From Felis catus (Eukaryota): 64,000 nucleotides of DNA. The notes beneath the pieces were generated by a model, which was not told the origin of the DNA, searched no databases, and saw nothing but the letters and a program-made list of their open reading frames with translations. The stretch lies in assembly GCF_018350175.1 (NCBI RefSeq), contig NC_058369.1:15006001-15070000 (forward strand), in the 5' to 3' direction. Below are positions 1 through 12,648 of the stretch, in pieces; within the stretch, counting starts at the first letter, position 1, and each line of letters begins with the position of its first letter. A program made the position numbers and the translations under genes.

Positions 1-488
1 GCCTGGGTGACACGAGAACCCTCGAAGGGCTCTGAAGTCACTTCGCTAGCTGGTGCCGGGACTCTTCTTTCCAGGTGGGAGCCCAACACCCCCTCCCCCA
101 GGGCTGGTTGCCAGCCCTCTGGAGACATCTTGGCTTGGGAGAACCAACAGTTGAGGAGCGTGCGGGGCGATGGGGTTCCGAGTCACCAGAGGTGTGTAGA
201 AGAAGCTTCTGGCAGGGTGTGAGCGGCATTTCTGCCGCCACACCTTCCAGTCTTTTCCAGCCATTAGCCTCTCCGGGAGTAACCTCGGATCTCTGACCAG
301 AGGGTGGGGGTGAAATCTGGCCAAACCGGTCGCAGCACCTGGGGGTGGGGAGGGGAGAAGAGAGGCTCAAAGTCTGAAAAACTGGACTTAAGCGAGGCTG
401 GCAAGACTGCCGTACTTTTCGGAGACATTTAACAACCGCAGAATCTTGCGTTTTAACACGGAAGTTTTCATCTTCATTTTATTGTATT

Positions 489-707
489 AAAAATATTTTT
501 TCAAAACCTTTATTTATTTTTGAGGGAGAGAGAGAGACAGAGCGTGACCGGGGAGGGGCAGAGAGAGAGGGAGACACAGAATCCGAAGCAGGCTCCAGGC
601 TCCGAGCTGTCAGCACAGAGCCCGACGTGGGGCTCGAACCCACGAGCTGTGAGATCATCACATGAGCCAAAGTCAGACGCTTAACTGACTGAGCCACCCA
701 GGTGCCC
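489..707 (-). mobile_element. CanSINE (tRNA-derived); representative of many dozens of copies across the window
   Basis: gggcacctgggtggctcagtcagttaag head, (CT)n region and AATAAA/A tail on the minus strand; flanking attttattgtatt duplication. Confidence 0.93.
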
Positions 708-1405
708 AATTTTATTGTATTTTTTAAAAAAACGTTTTATTTTTTAAACTTTTTATTATTTTAAAGAGGAGAGAGAGAGGGGAGGAACAGAGAGGGGGGA
801 GAGAGAGAATCTCAAGCAGGCTCCATATTCATCGCAGAGCCCTAGGTGGGGCTTGAACCCATGAACCATGAGATCATGACCTGAGCCAAAATCAAGAGCC
901 GGGCGCTCAACCGACTGAGTCACCCAGGTGCCCCTTATTACGTTTTAAAATATGAGGTGCATTCTCTAGGTTCAGATTCAAAAGTTACAGAAGGGTATAT
1001 GGTGACAAGATTCCCAATCTCACAGTTTCCTTCCATGAAGGCAAACACTTCACAGTTTCTGTTTAACAAGATTTTTTAAAAATTGCTTTTAGGGGCGCCT
1101 GGGTGGCTCGGTCGGTTAAGCGTCCGACTTCGGCTCAGGTCACGATCTCGCGGTCCGTGAGTTCGAGCCCCGCGTCGGTCTCTGTGCTGACAGCTCAGAG
1201 CCTGGAGCCTGTTTCAGATTCTGTGTCTCTCTCTCTCTCTGACCCTCCCCCCGTTTATGCTCTGTCTCTCTCTGTCTCAAAAATAAATAAACGTTAAAAA
1301 AAAATTAAAAAAAATTGCTTTTAAAACTTCTCAGATGCTTAGAGGCTATTTCAAGGCACTGGCTGAACTCTACACGGGAGAAGAATCGGGGTGGTTTCTG
1401 ACCAT

Positions 1406-1910
1406 GGCAGGGGTTCAGAGTTGCAAAATAATCATGGCCCAAAGACCCAGGAAGGAACTTTGACCTTCCCCCTAACTGTCTGAAAGGATGTAGATGAAGA
1501 GCCTGCCTGAAGGAGATTTTGCTACATTAGATAACTACCTGATCATATGAACCAGAGCACAGACAGAAAGGGATTTGGCAAGTCTGTTTGTTAAAATTCC
1601 TCCCTCTGTCCCATTGTTTCTGAGGGCCCCGGCAAACACGTGTTTACCAAACCTTTACTTTTTTTTCACCTTCCCGTGAATTGCTTTCCTTCCCTTTGAA
1701 GTCCCAGACCCTCTCCCCCCTCTTTCTAGTTCAGGATGACATATGTACCTCATTTTGCCCGACTGTCTTTGGAATCTCGTGTGTGTGTAGATTCCCCATA
1801 TGTACAAGCTTAAATGAGATTTCCCCCTGTTAATCTATCTCGTGTCAATTTAATTCCTAGACCAGCTAGAAGAATCTTGAAGGACAGAGAAAAATTTTTC
1901 CTCCCCAGCA
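1406..1910 (+). mobile_element. Solo ERV1-class LTR (MER34/MER39-like)
   Basis: Termini GGCAGGGG...CCCCAGCA (degenerate TGTAGGGG/CCCCTACA); 4-bp TSD ccat at 1402-1405 and 1911-1914; 3' part cctgttaatctatct...aatttaattcctagaccag resembles the MER34 family as recalled. Confidence 0.7.
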
Positions 1911-1916
1911 CCATCT

Positions 1917-2144
1917 ATTTATTTATTTATTTATTTATTTATTTTAACGTTTATTCATTTTTGAGAGACAGAGAGAGATGGAGCGCGAGTTGGGGAGGGG
2001 CAGGGAGAGGGAGAGACACAGGATCCGAAGTAGGTTCCAGGCTCTGAGCTGTCAGCATGGCGCCTAACGTGGGGCACAAACTCACGGACGGAGAGATCGT
2101 GACCTAAGCTGACATCTTAAGCGACTGAGCCACCCAGGCGCCCC
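1917..2144 (-). mobile_element. CanSINE with 15-bp TSD
   Basis: TSD tccccagcaccatct at 1902-1916 and 2145-2159. Confidence 0.93.
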
Positions 2145-3198
2145 TCCCCAGCACCATCTTTAAAAGGAATGGTGGTGTTTGTCCATCCCCTTGTCAGTGA
2201 GGAACGTTGTCCTTTGGCAAGTGAGATGGGGCAGGGAGAAAAGACTGGACAGTTGTTACGGTTACTATAAGCCGCAGCGCTGGGAATGCTGCCTCCCCCC
2301 GCACCCCCCCACCCCGCCATGCCTCTCCATTGGTGTCCACTGCTCACCAGGCAGACCCAAACACACAGGGCTGCCTCAGACACGGGCCGCCAAATCTCAG
2401 CTCACCGCTAGAGTGTTACAAGATGAGACCGTGAACTTCCCTCTTCCCTGGCGGTTGAGCTCCCACGGCTCACGCCATGACGCTCCTTCCAGGAACGGCT
2501 CTCTCTAGGGCTGCGCAAAAGCTGTGCGATCACGTGCCAGCTTGCTGGAGCTGACAGCTAAGTGGGTTTGGAGAAGATGAGGAGAACGGCATCTTCAAAT
2601 GTGACGCAGCTAGCTGGAGAACGGTCAACTCACAGGAAAAGGCAACCAGCTTGCCGGAGACGAGCCCGAGCCAGAATGAGCCGACTACCGGCGATGGTTT
2701 TCCTTTCGGACGCGGATTTAATGAAGGTTGGCCACTAAAATTCAGACGTTGTCATATACGTCACCTCCCCCCACCCTCGCAATCACCTTGTTAGGTAGGC
2801 GTTAGGATTCGTATTTTGTAGTTGAGGATATTTTGGCTCAAAAAAGCGAAGGAGCTTGCTCAGATGAAACAGCTGGACTTCACAGCCACCTCTCAGCAAT
2901 TCTGAGGTCTTTGTCGGTCTGGGGACAAACGTTCCCTCAAAACAAGACAGGCTGGGTTTGCCATACATACCCGTGAACACAAATCGATAGACCTGCACCA
3001 TTTCCTTGACACATGGAGGGCGAGTGGCCTATGGCGTCCTCTGTGGGACACTCTTCAGCGAGCGGTCACAATAGCAGTGACTCCCTCAAAGGCGAGCCCA
3101 CTCCCCAACTGGTGCTCCAAGGAGCAGCAAACAGGTGATGGTGACACAGGCGGGCCAGAAAGTGAGCCCCCGTCTCGTCACCTGTGAGTCCCCTTTCT

Positions 3199-3429
3199 TT
3201 TTTTTTTTTTATTAAAAAAAATTTTTTTTTAATGTTTATTTATTTTTGAGACAGAGAGAGACAGAGCATGAACGGGGGAGGGTCAGAGAGAGGGAGACAC
3301 AGAATGGGAAACAGGCTCCAGGCTCTGAGCTGTCAGCACAGAGCCCGACGCGGGGCTCGAACTCACGGACCGCGAGATCGTGACCTGAGCCGAAGTCGGC
3401 CGCTTTACCGACTGAGCCACCCAGGCCCC
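3199..3429 (-). mobile_element. CanSINE with TSD
   Basis: TSD cctgtgagtcccctttct on both sides. Confidence 0.93.
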
Positions 3430-5259
3430 CCTGTGAGTCCCCTTTCTGAAGAAAGTCTTGGTCGGTTGGCCCAAGCCCAGGAAGCCTGTTGAGAACGTGG
3501 CAACTCCAGTCCCGGAGATCCTGACTAGCGCGGTCACAGCTGGGGCCAGAAATTCGCATTTGATTTACGGACTCCAGGCAATTTGGACACGGGTTTGAGA
3601 AATCACACTGAGACACTCCTGGGCCCTGGAATGGGAAATCAGCTGGGGTGAGGCAGAAAACGTCTAGAAGCTTTTCCACCGAGGCCACAAGGGCAAAGAT
3701 CATACCCAAGCAAGTCTTAAGGAGGCCTTGAGTGTGAACAGACTCAGGCCCTACTTGGAACTGGGGAAAATAAAGATGAACTATTATATAATGAAAGCTC
3801 CTAAGTGGATGGACAGCTCCAATTAGCTCGTTCTTGGTCCGGATCTGCCCACTTGGGCCTCTTTGGTGCCCAGAGCTCTATGTCACATGCAGAGACTTTC
3901 AGTGGCAGATTGCACTTTGAGGTTAGTTAATGTCCATTATGGAAACAAAACGAAACAGAACAAAACATCATCATGTTACAGCTAGGCTCAAGATCTTTCT
4001 ACGGCGTTATAATGGGCTGTGTTTGTATTACAGGACGGCACTCACTTGAAGCCTGCCGACAACAGGCTCATTTTCATTTTTGAAAAAAACTTGAATGCCC
4101 AACGACCCAATAGTTTTTTAAAGCCCTGCTCTTGTGACAGAACCTATTTAAGTTTATGTTATTTATTTTGAGAGAGAGAGAGAGAAGGGGGTAGGGGCAG
4201 AGAGAGAAGAGAGAGAGAATCCCAAGCAGGCTCCATGCCGTCAGCACAGAGCCTGATGTGGGGCTTGAACTCGCGAACCGTGAGATCATGACCTGAGCTG
4301 AAATCAAGAGTCAGACGCTTAGCCGACTGAGCCACCCAGGTGCTCTGACACATTGTTATAAATGGAGACATTTCTCTACTTCATAAGGGCAGGATTGACC
4401 TACTTAAAACACATGGTGACTTTTAGCATGGTCTCTAATAAGCTAGGGATAGGGATAGGATAAGGCGGAATCTCCTTAGAGGTTCTTAAATTGATAAGGC
4501 AGGAAATATATATATATATTTTTAATGTTTATTCACTTTTGAAAGACAGAGAGAGACAGAGCACAAGCAGGGGTGGGGCAGAGAGAATGGCGGGTGGGGG
4601 ACACAGAATCCGAAGCAGGCTCCAGGCTCCGAGCTGTCAGCACAGAGCCTGACGTGGGGCTCGAACTCACGAACCGCGAGATCATGACCTGAGCCGAATG
4701 CTCAACCAACTGAGCCACCCGGGCGCCCCAATAAGGCAGGAAATAAAAGAACACCTAGATGCATAAATGTCTGAGGGAAGAGAATCTAGCCAATCTGGCC
4801 ATCTAATCGGATATGCCCGCTACTTTATGCTGAAACAAACACTGAACATTTTTGAGATTTACAATCATATTCACATGCAAACAATTACACAAAAAACCAG
4901 AAACGAAGCGAAAATGCCAAGGTGCCTAATCAGTATTCATGTTCTCATTCCCCCCCCTCCAACAAAGTTTTACATTGCTAGAGTCACCGATGTGCCTAGC
5001 TAACTTTCCAGTCATCCTTGAAGATAGAGGTGGGAATGCAATAAAAAGTTAAGCGGAGTTCCCAGGAAAGGTGTTTACTCCCCACCTCTCTTCTTCCTGC
5101 CTGGAATGTGTATGTGGCTTCTGGACCTCCAGCAGCCATAGTGAGACCATGAGGTAAACTTGACAGTAGAAGCCACAGCCAGGATGGTGAAGGAGAAAGA
5201 TAGGAACCTAGGTCCCACCTCTGAACGTCACATATGTGAGAAAATAGGCCGAAGTAAGG

Positions 5260-6590
5260 GTGAGAACAGAGGGATTTCTGGTAGAAGAACATTCTAGTTG
5301 GAGAGAACAGCAAACACAAAGGCTGTGAGGCCAGAATGTTCAAGAATGAACAAGGGTTTTGCGTGAGTGGAGCTGGATGATTGAGGGATTAGGTATTAGG
5401 AGCTGACGTTCAAAGAAGTGATAGGGCCATGGGCCGCCTGGGTGGCTCAGTTGGTTAAGTGTCCAACTTCGGCTCAGGTCATGAGCTTGTGGTTCGTGAG
5501 TTCAAGCCCCGCGTCGGGCTCTGTGCTGACAGCTCGGAGCCTGGAGCCTGCTTTGGATTCTGTGTCTCCTTCTCCCTCTGCGCCTCACCCGCTCACACTC
5601 GGTCTCTCTCTCTCTCAAAAATAAACATTAAAAAAAAAAAAAAAGAAGAAGTGATAGGGGCAGGGTCCAGCAGGGCTTCACGGGCCATTGGAAGGATTTC
5701 GGCTTCTTCTCTGAATGAGATGGAGCGATGGGGAAGGTTCTGAGCAAGGGAGTCACGAGATCTGCCTTATATATGAGCAGAATCACTGTGGTCGTTGTCT
5801 TGAGATGAGGGAGCAGAGGGCAAAGGCACAGAGACTGATGAGGAGGTGACGGCATTGTCGAGGTGAGGGATAGGAAGATAGGGGATCCTGGATACAAGGA
5901 AGAGCCATTAAGCTGAGTGGTGGCCCCGGGGGGGCCTGGATGGTCCAGTCAGGAGAGCATATGGCTCTTGATCTCAAGGTCACGAGTTCGAGCCCCACGT
6001 TGGGAGTAAAGCATACTGGAAAAAAAACAAAACAGGATTGCTGGTGGACCAAACATGCATGTAAGAGACAGAGTCAAGGAGGACTCCAAAGGTTTTGGAC
6101 TGAGCAACCAGAGGGTTGGGATCGCCATCAACAGAGTTGGAGCAAACTGTTTCCTCTACTCTTACCCTCAATGGGAGGAGCAGATTTGGAGGGGGAATAG
6201 CAGGAGGTCAGCTTCGGATGTTTTGAATTTGAGATGCCCATCAGATGCCAGGTGGAGATGCTGAGTAGAGAGGGACACACAGCTCGGAGTTCAGGGGAGA
6301 GATCCGGCTCGGGAGCCATCAGGATGTAGACGGGTTTTCAACGTCACGTGACTGGGGGACGTCCCCAAGTGAGTGAGGGTGGAGGAGAAAAAAGGATCTG
6401 AATCCTGAACCACAGGCCCCTCTGAGGTTTAGAGATTTGGAGGCAAGCTGGCACCAGTGAAGAAGGTTGACAAGAAACCAGAGGGGAAGGAGGAAAACCA
6501 GGAAGCCTGGGGCCATCACAGCCAAGAGAAAAAAATATTTCACGGGGAAAGAGTGAGAGATGGTGTTCACTGCTTGTCAAGCTGGCCACA
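5260..6590 (-). mobile_element. L2 LINE 3' region relic, interrupted by two CanSINEs
   Basis: Purine-rich L2 motifs: ggaaggttctgagcaagggagtcac, gagtcaaggaggactccaaaggttttggactgagcaac, tgaatttgagatgcccatcagatgccaggtggagatg. Confidence 0.7.
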
Positions 6591-6657
6591 TAAACCCCTC
6601 GGAAGAGTCCTTGGTACATAGGAAGCATTCTGTGCGAGGAAGGTGGTACTTTACATA

Positions 6658-6658
<1 letters not shown>

Positions 6659-6688
<30 letters not shown>
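6659..6688. repeat. (CA)15 microsatellite
   Basis: Direct inspection. Confidence 0.95.
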
Positions 6689-6691
<3 letters not shown>

Positions 6692-6692
6692 T

Positions 6693-7118
6693 TAGTGCCT
6701 CATAGCAGAATTTTCTGTGATGTGCAGTCCCATACTTAGCACTTAACCACAGGTGGGTACTTAGCACTTGAACATGTGTCTAGTGCAATTGAGAAACTAC
6801 ATTATGGGAGGGGCTGACACACGGCAGTCTCGTGAAATTCAATTCCAACACAAAGTGTACCTCATCCAGACAAACACCCTTAGCTGAACATTCAAGCCAA
6901 GTGTGAGCCCCAGGCCCGTTTTCCTCATCCTCCCACCCTGGGACCTTGGTGTCCCCTCCATACAAAACCACGTGCACTTAATTTGAAAAAGAAAGCCCCA
7001 ATATATGTTGATGTACTAATTAGTGCCCCAACCTGCTTAAACTTTAACTACATTAGGATTAATTTAATCTTAAAATTTAAACAGCCGCATGTGGCTCCTT
7101 CCTGTATTGGACAGAATG
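6693..7118 (+). mobile_element. MER3-like hAT-Charlie MITE with an internal 241-bp insertion
   Basis: agaattttctgtgatg...ttagcacttgaacatgtgtctagtgcaattgagaaact ... aatttaatcttaaaatttaaacagccgcatgtggctccttcctgtattggacag. Confidence 0.65.
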
Positions 7119-10100
7119 GTTCTGTGGTCTATCCCGTGACCTATTATAAATTTCTCTTCAGATTATCAGCCTAATAATTACGTGTTTTAACCGGTTAATA
7201 AGTGAGTGGTATAGAAAGGCCCTTCGGTAGCGTTTCAAAAGTCAGGTGCACGGGAGGGCAAAAAACTTGAAGAAAGAGGGATAGAATTGAAAACGCTTGA
7301 GGACTCGAATCTTGCTTCTGTCCCTTGGCTGCGGGGCCCTGACGAGTTACCGGACGTCTCCAAGCCAGCCTCACCCTCTGAGATGAGGGGTCGTAACAGC
7401 CCTGACCTCCAGGCAGAGGTGGTCACGTCATTGGTGGGGTCCCGTGCAGAAGAAAAACGTGAGGCCCCTCGTGCCACAGTTATTTCAACCTGGCAGGCCG
7501 CCTGGGTGGCTCAGTTGTTAAGCATTCTGATTTCGGCCCAGGTCACGATCTCATGGTTTATGAGTTCGAGTCCCACATCCGGTGAGCACAAGTCCCGCTT
7601 TGGGTAAAACACGAGCCCTGCTCCGGGTGAGCTCGAGCCCTGAGTGGGGTGAACACGAGCCCCGCTTCTGGTCAAACAGGAGCTCTGCTTCGGATGAGCC
7701 CTGCTCTTCTCTGTCTCCCTCTCTCCCCACCCGCTTTCTGCCTCTGGCTAAGTTGCACCTTCCCCCCCCACCCCAAAAAAAAAAGAATTTCGAACTGGCC
7801 ACAGTGGAGTGCTGAACTATGCGTAGGTCCTGTTGAACACGTGGCTTGTGTGGCTGCAAGGGGGCCCACACGTGAAGCTGCCTCTAGGGTCTGAGAAGGG
7901 TCTGCTGGGTGGTCTAAGTGGTGAAAAGAGTGGGCTCAGGGGGTCTGTTGCGCCTGCTGCACTGGCCTGGGGCTGAAGGCTGGGGTGGGAGATCTTTCCT
8001 GGCATCTGTTCTGGGTCTTTCCTCTTTCCACATCCTTAGACTGCTTTGCAGCAAATCTTTTTCTAGGCCTATTTGTCGTCTGGGTCTGAAACGACCACAG
8101 TCTAGCTTCTGGCAATTACCTTCAGCAAAGACTGGCCAAGAGGCCGTTACAGCTCAGCTCTGTGAGTCACGGATCGGCAGAGGAAAGGAGGGGACGGGCG
8201 GGGGTGGGAGTTAGATTGAGTTCCATGTCTCCCTGTTTCCTCATAAGCACCTTTCTTTAGTTTTTAATGTTTTTTTTTTACTTTTAAAATGTTTATATAT
8301 TTTTGAGACAGAGAGAGTGAGCAAGTATGAGTAGGGGAGGGGGCAGAGAGACAGAGCAGGCTCCAGGCTCCGAGCTGCCAGCATAGAGCCTGACGTGGGG
8401 CTTGAACTCATGAACCTGAGATCATGACGGGAGCCGAAGTCGGATGCTTAACTGAGTCACCCAGGTGCTCCAGCTTTTAAACTTTTTTTTTTTTTTTAAG
8501 TTTATTTATTTTGAGAGAGAAAGAGAGCGAGCAGGGGAGGGACAGAGAGAAAGAGAGAGAGAGAATCCTAACTCCATGCCAGCAGCACAGAGCCTGATAC
8601 GGGGCTTGAACCCATGAACTGTGAGATCGTGACCTGAGCGGAAACCAAGAGTCGGGAGCTTACCTGACTAAGCCACCTCGGCGCCACCCCCCCCCCCAAT
8701 ACCCCAATAAGCATCTTTAAAGCCAAAAAGCAGCCCCATCAACCCCCAAACAGAGGACAGTGAGCCCTGGGGTAGGGAACTGTTTGCTTACCTCCGGAGG
8801 AGAGCCTGGGCTGAGGTCACATCAGTGCCTGGAGATGGCACTTTCTGGCAGCAACCCGGGAGGCCACACAGGTGTGAAGCGTGACTCCTCCCTTCCCCTC
8901 AGGAGCAGGAATCCTTCAGAGATGTGGCCGCTGGCAGGGGTGAGTGTGGGGAGCTGGACTTGGCAGGGCCTGGAGGGCTGCAGGCCCTTGGCTCTGTGGC
9001 TGACACCAGATTCCCAGGCATCCCCGACAAGGGGGAGGGGCCGCTAGCACAAAGTCCAGAGAGGGCCTGTGGCGGCTACGGAGTCCCTGAGGCTTCCTTC
9101 CCCCGAAGTTCACGGCCTCCTGTAGGAAGGGGAAAAAGATGGGGGAGAAAAGGATCCCATGGGAGTCCTGGGCCACCCCTGGCAGCCCCTCACCTGATCC
9201 CGGATCCCAGAACTGGGCCCTCCTGGGCTGAACTGCGCAGGGGAGCAAGGTGGAAAGGCTGCTATACATTTGTTGCTCCGCCTCTTCTGGGTTTGTGTCC
9301 CTGGGCAAGTGACTCCATCTTTCCGGGCCTCCTTTCCTCACCAGTAAACGGGATGAAGCACTGCTGTTGGGAGTCGGCAGCGGCTGCCGCAAGGGAAGGC
9401 TTGAAAGCTTCTAGCACGGTCTTTGCCTGGCATCTAATCCCCGCCCTCCATCTGGTAGCCTCAAGTAGGATATACCTGCCTGATGTCACTGCGGAAGCAC
9501 AATATGTCTCTGTTGTGACAGTTAACGTCCCAGATGTTGTTTCTGGGCATCTGCTGTGTTGGGCAGTATGAGGAAGCCGAACCAAGTACAAAATACAGAC
9601 TCCTCCCTCCAAGAAAAATACAATCGTACTGGGCAAAACACAAGTATAACCTTTTTTTTTTTTTTCCATTTTTTAAAATGTTTTTATCTGTTTTTGAGAG
9701 AGAGAGAGAGAGAGAGAGCACGTGAGCGTGAGCAGGAGAGGGGCAGAGAGAGAGGGAGACACAGAATCCGAAGCCGGCTCTGGGTTCCGAGCTGTCAGCC
9801 CAGAGCCCGATGCGGGGCTCGAACTCACGAAGCGCGAGATCATGACCTGAGCCGCAGTCGGAGGCTCAACCGACTGAGCCACCCAGGTGCCCCCAAACTT
9901 CCTTTTTTGAAGTGTACATTTGATTTTTTTTTTTTTAATTTATTTCGAGAGACAGCAGGGAGGAGCAGAGAGAGAGAGAGAGAGACAGAATCCCAAGCAG
10001 GCTCTGCACTGTTAGTGCAGGGCCTGATGCGGGGCTTGAACCCACGAGCCATGAGATCACGACCTGAGCTGAGATCACGCATCGGACTCTTAACCGACTG

Positions 10101-10582
10101 GGCCACCCAGGGGCCCCCGCAAGTACAAATTTCTAAGTAATAAAACTAATGTCCCTCCGTGCAGACTACTGCTATTCAGAGGGAGAGACTGGGGGTGCTG
10201 GAGGGCTTCTTGGAGGAAGTGGGCTATGGTGGATTCTGAAGCGCTGGTAGGCTTTTCGCCAGGAGGGGAGGCAGGTGGCACAGCTTTTGGTAGAGAGTGG
10301 TCCAGGAACAGTGGCAGGAGCAAATCACGAGCGGTCACACAGGGAGGCGCGTGTCGTCTCAACAAAGACAGAGCCGAGCGCGCTCTGGCGTCCGAGGTAC
10401 CCACTGTCAGCCCAAAGCCTGGCATCCCGTGCCATAAGCACCCAGAAGACACGGCATCTCCTGACCTTGTGCTGAGCCCGTCACAGTGAACTGGGGAATC
10501 TGGCCCTCAGCCGACCCGGGGGGGGCAAAGGACCAAAAGCATGTAAACAACTGAACGCCCGTTTTTCTTTCCTGTACATTTG

Positions 10583-10588
10583 TTTATT
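10583..10588 (-). terminator. Polyadenylation signal AATAAA of CDCP1
   Basis: tttatt on the + strand. On the minus strand it is preceded by a U-rich tract and followed ~25 nt later by GU-rich gttcagttgtttacatgcttttggt. Confidence 0.72.
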
Positions 10589-12197
10589 AAAAAAACAAAA
10601 ACAAAAACAAAAAGTGTAGGAAATGAAGAAAACGGCACCTAAAAAGTATCGACAACAAAATAAATTATTTCCAGCGAAGGATTACAGATCCACACACACC
10701 GGTTCTCTAACCGTGACCAAGGTTACGTCCCCCCGGACATACGCTTTTCCCCCTTGACTCTTCCTGGGCCTTTCTCCTCCTGGGCAAAATGACCCCAGCG
10801 CTACAGCCCAGGCCTGGACGAGCCGGGCTTCTTCACCAGCCCAGCAGACGGGTGTGGGGGCGGCCCCGGTGCAGGCAGTCCCAGCAGGGAGGGCACCGTG
10901 CCAGCACAGAAGGCATCAGCAAACGTGTCCGACTGGTTTCCAGTGACCCCGAGGTACTTTACGTAAGTGGGGGGTCTGGGCTTTCAAGAAAAGGGCCAGG
11001 GGTATGTTGGGCCGGCTCCTGCAGGGAGGCAAAGCTTCAGAAAATGGTTCAATTCACCTGCGGTCTCAGGAAGAAGGCAACTGGGTCTGGGGCTTTGAGC
11101 TCTCGGTTAAAAAATGGCCACACGGGGCCCAAGGGTGGCCAGCCACGCTTCGTGGCTACAAGATGCAGGGCATGGGTTGAGGGGGCTTCCGCAGAGCCCA
11201 GGAGGTCGGGGAGGGCGGCAGGTGGAGGCTGGGGCTCCTACAGGGACTGGAAGCAACGATCCAATTTCAGTTGTGGGCAGGAAGCCCCAGCCCTCCGCTG
11301 GCCCCTCATGGGGGAGGTCGCCCGCATCTCAGGCCAAGAGGCCGAGGGTAACTGGGTAGGGGGCCGCCTTTCAGAAGGAAAAGGTGCCGGGGGCACCACC
11401 AAGGTCATCACTAAAACAACCGACTCTTCCTTCTGGAAAGAGTCCAAGAGGCCTCAGAAGATACACCAGTCCGGAGACTGCACAAGTCCTCATGGAGGCA
11501 AAGTAGCGAAGTCTAGGCCGGGTGTTTCCCAGGTGAATTCACCGAACACGATGAAGCCGGTTTACCTTTAAAGGAGGTTTGGCCACAGAAACACTGACCT
11601 CTGGATGGTGTTGTCAAGCCGGAACACCATCCCTCTCCTCCCAGAGGACAGCAGGGGCCGCAAAGGCAAACGCCCACAGGAGCTCGGCTGGTCATTAGTA
11701 TGAACGAGGGACGCGGGGCTGTGTGTGGGAAAAACCTTTCCTGAAACACACACCAGCCTCGAGGCCTGTCTTCTCATTCGATGAGAGATCTAGGGCCCAA
11801 ACTTTCCAATTCATTATAAACAAAGCAACCCTGCAGCGGGGTGGGGGGACGCGCACTGATCTTTAGCCACAGACTCAGCATCAGTGTGGGAGGCGAGAAG
11901 AAATGTGGAGGCAGGGGTGGGGGGGGGGAGGCTGGGTTGAACCGGGACACCAGGTGTCCCACCTAAAACTGGACCTGCTTTACCAGCTCCAGCCAGCGGC
12001 TGCTGGGTGACAGCGTGAGCCCCCCAGGCCAGCCGCACGTCCCGATCCGGATTTTTACGCAAACATTTTAGAATTTTAAATGTTAGTGGCTAATTCTCAA
12101 AAAAAAAAAATAAATAAAATAAAAAAGATTCTTAGGCCAAACCAAGCACACTGGCGGGCTGGGTCCTTTCATAGTCTGTCCTGCACTGGCAGGGGGG

Positions 12198-12648
12198 TGT
12201 GATGGGCAGAACGATGATTCCCCAGAGATGTGCCTAATTCCCAGGAACCTGTGGATATGGTACCTCACACGGCAAAAGGGGACTCTTCAGTGTGATTAAA
12301 TTAAAGAGCTCGACACGGGGAGATGATCCCGGATCATCCGGGTGGGTGGGCTTTCTAAACGAAAGAAGGAAAGAGGGGCATCAGGGTCACCCTGCCAGTG
12401 ACAGTGCGGGTGCCACGGTGTGCCCAGCCCCATCGGAGGCAAGGAGTGTGAGCAGCCTCTAGAAGCTTGAAAAGACAAGGCAACCGACTCTCCCCTAGAG
12501 CCTCCAGAAGGGGCCAACACCCTGATGCTAGCTGGCCCCGTGAAACCCATCTATGCCCTTCCCATCTCCAGAACCGGAAGCTAAGAAATTTGCGTTGTTT
12601 TAAGCCGCCGGGTTTGAGATAATTGGTTACGGTAGCGATAGGAAAGGA
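12198..12648 (+). mobile_element. MaLR solo LTR (MLT1D-like) inside the CDCP1 3' UTR
   Basis: Starts tgtgatgggcagaa; contains cccaggaacctgtggatatggtacctcacacggcaaaagggg and tctcccctagagcctccagaagg; ends gttgttttaagccgccgggtttgagataattggttacggtagcgatagga. Confidence 0.8.

Noticed and set aside
5927..6030. tRNA gene (A/B-box-like sequence; similar at 17293-17400)
   Set aside because: Short tRNA-derived CanSINE with an A-rich tail; no complete cloverleaf.
10789..11571. 260-aa + strand ORF (and 8924..9571, 215 aa)
   Set aside because: Low-complexity G/R/P-rich translations of GC-rich UTR-antisense or intergenic DNA; no domain resemblance or splice structure.
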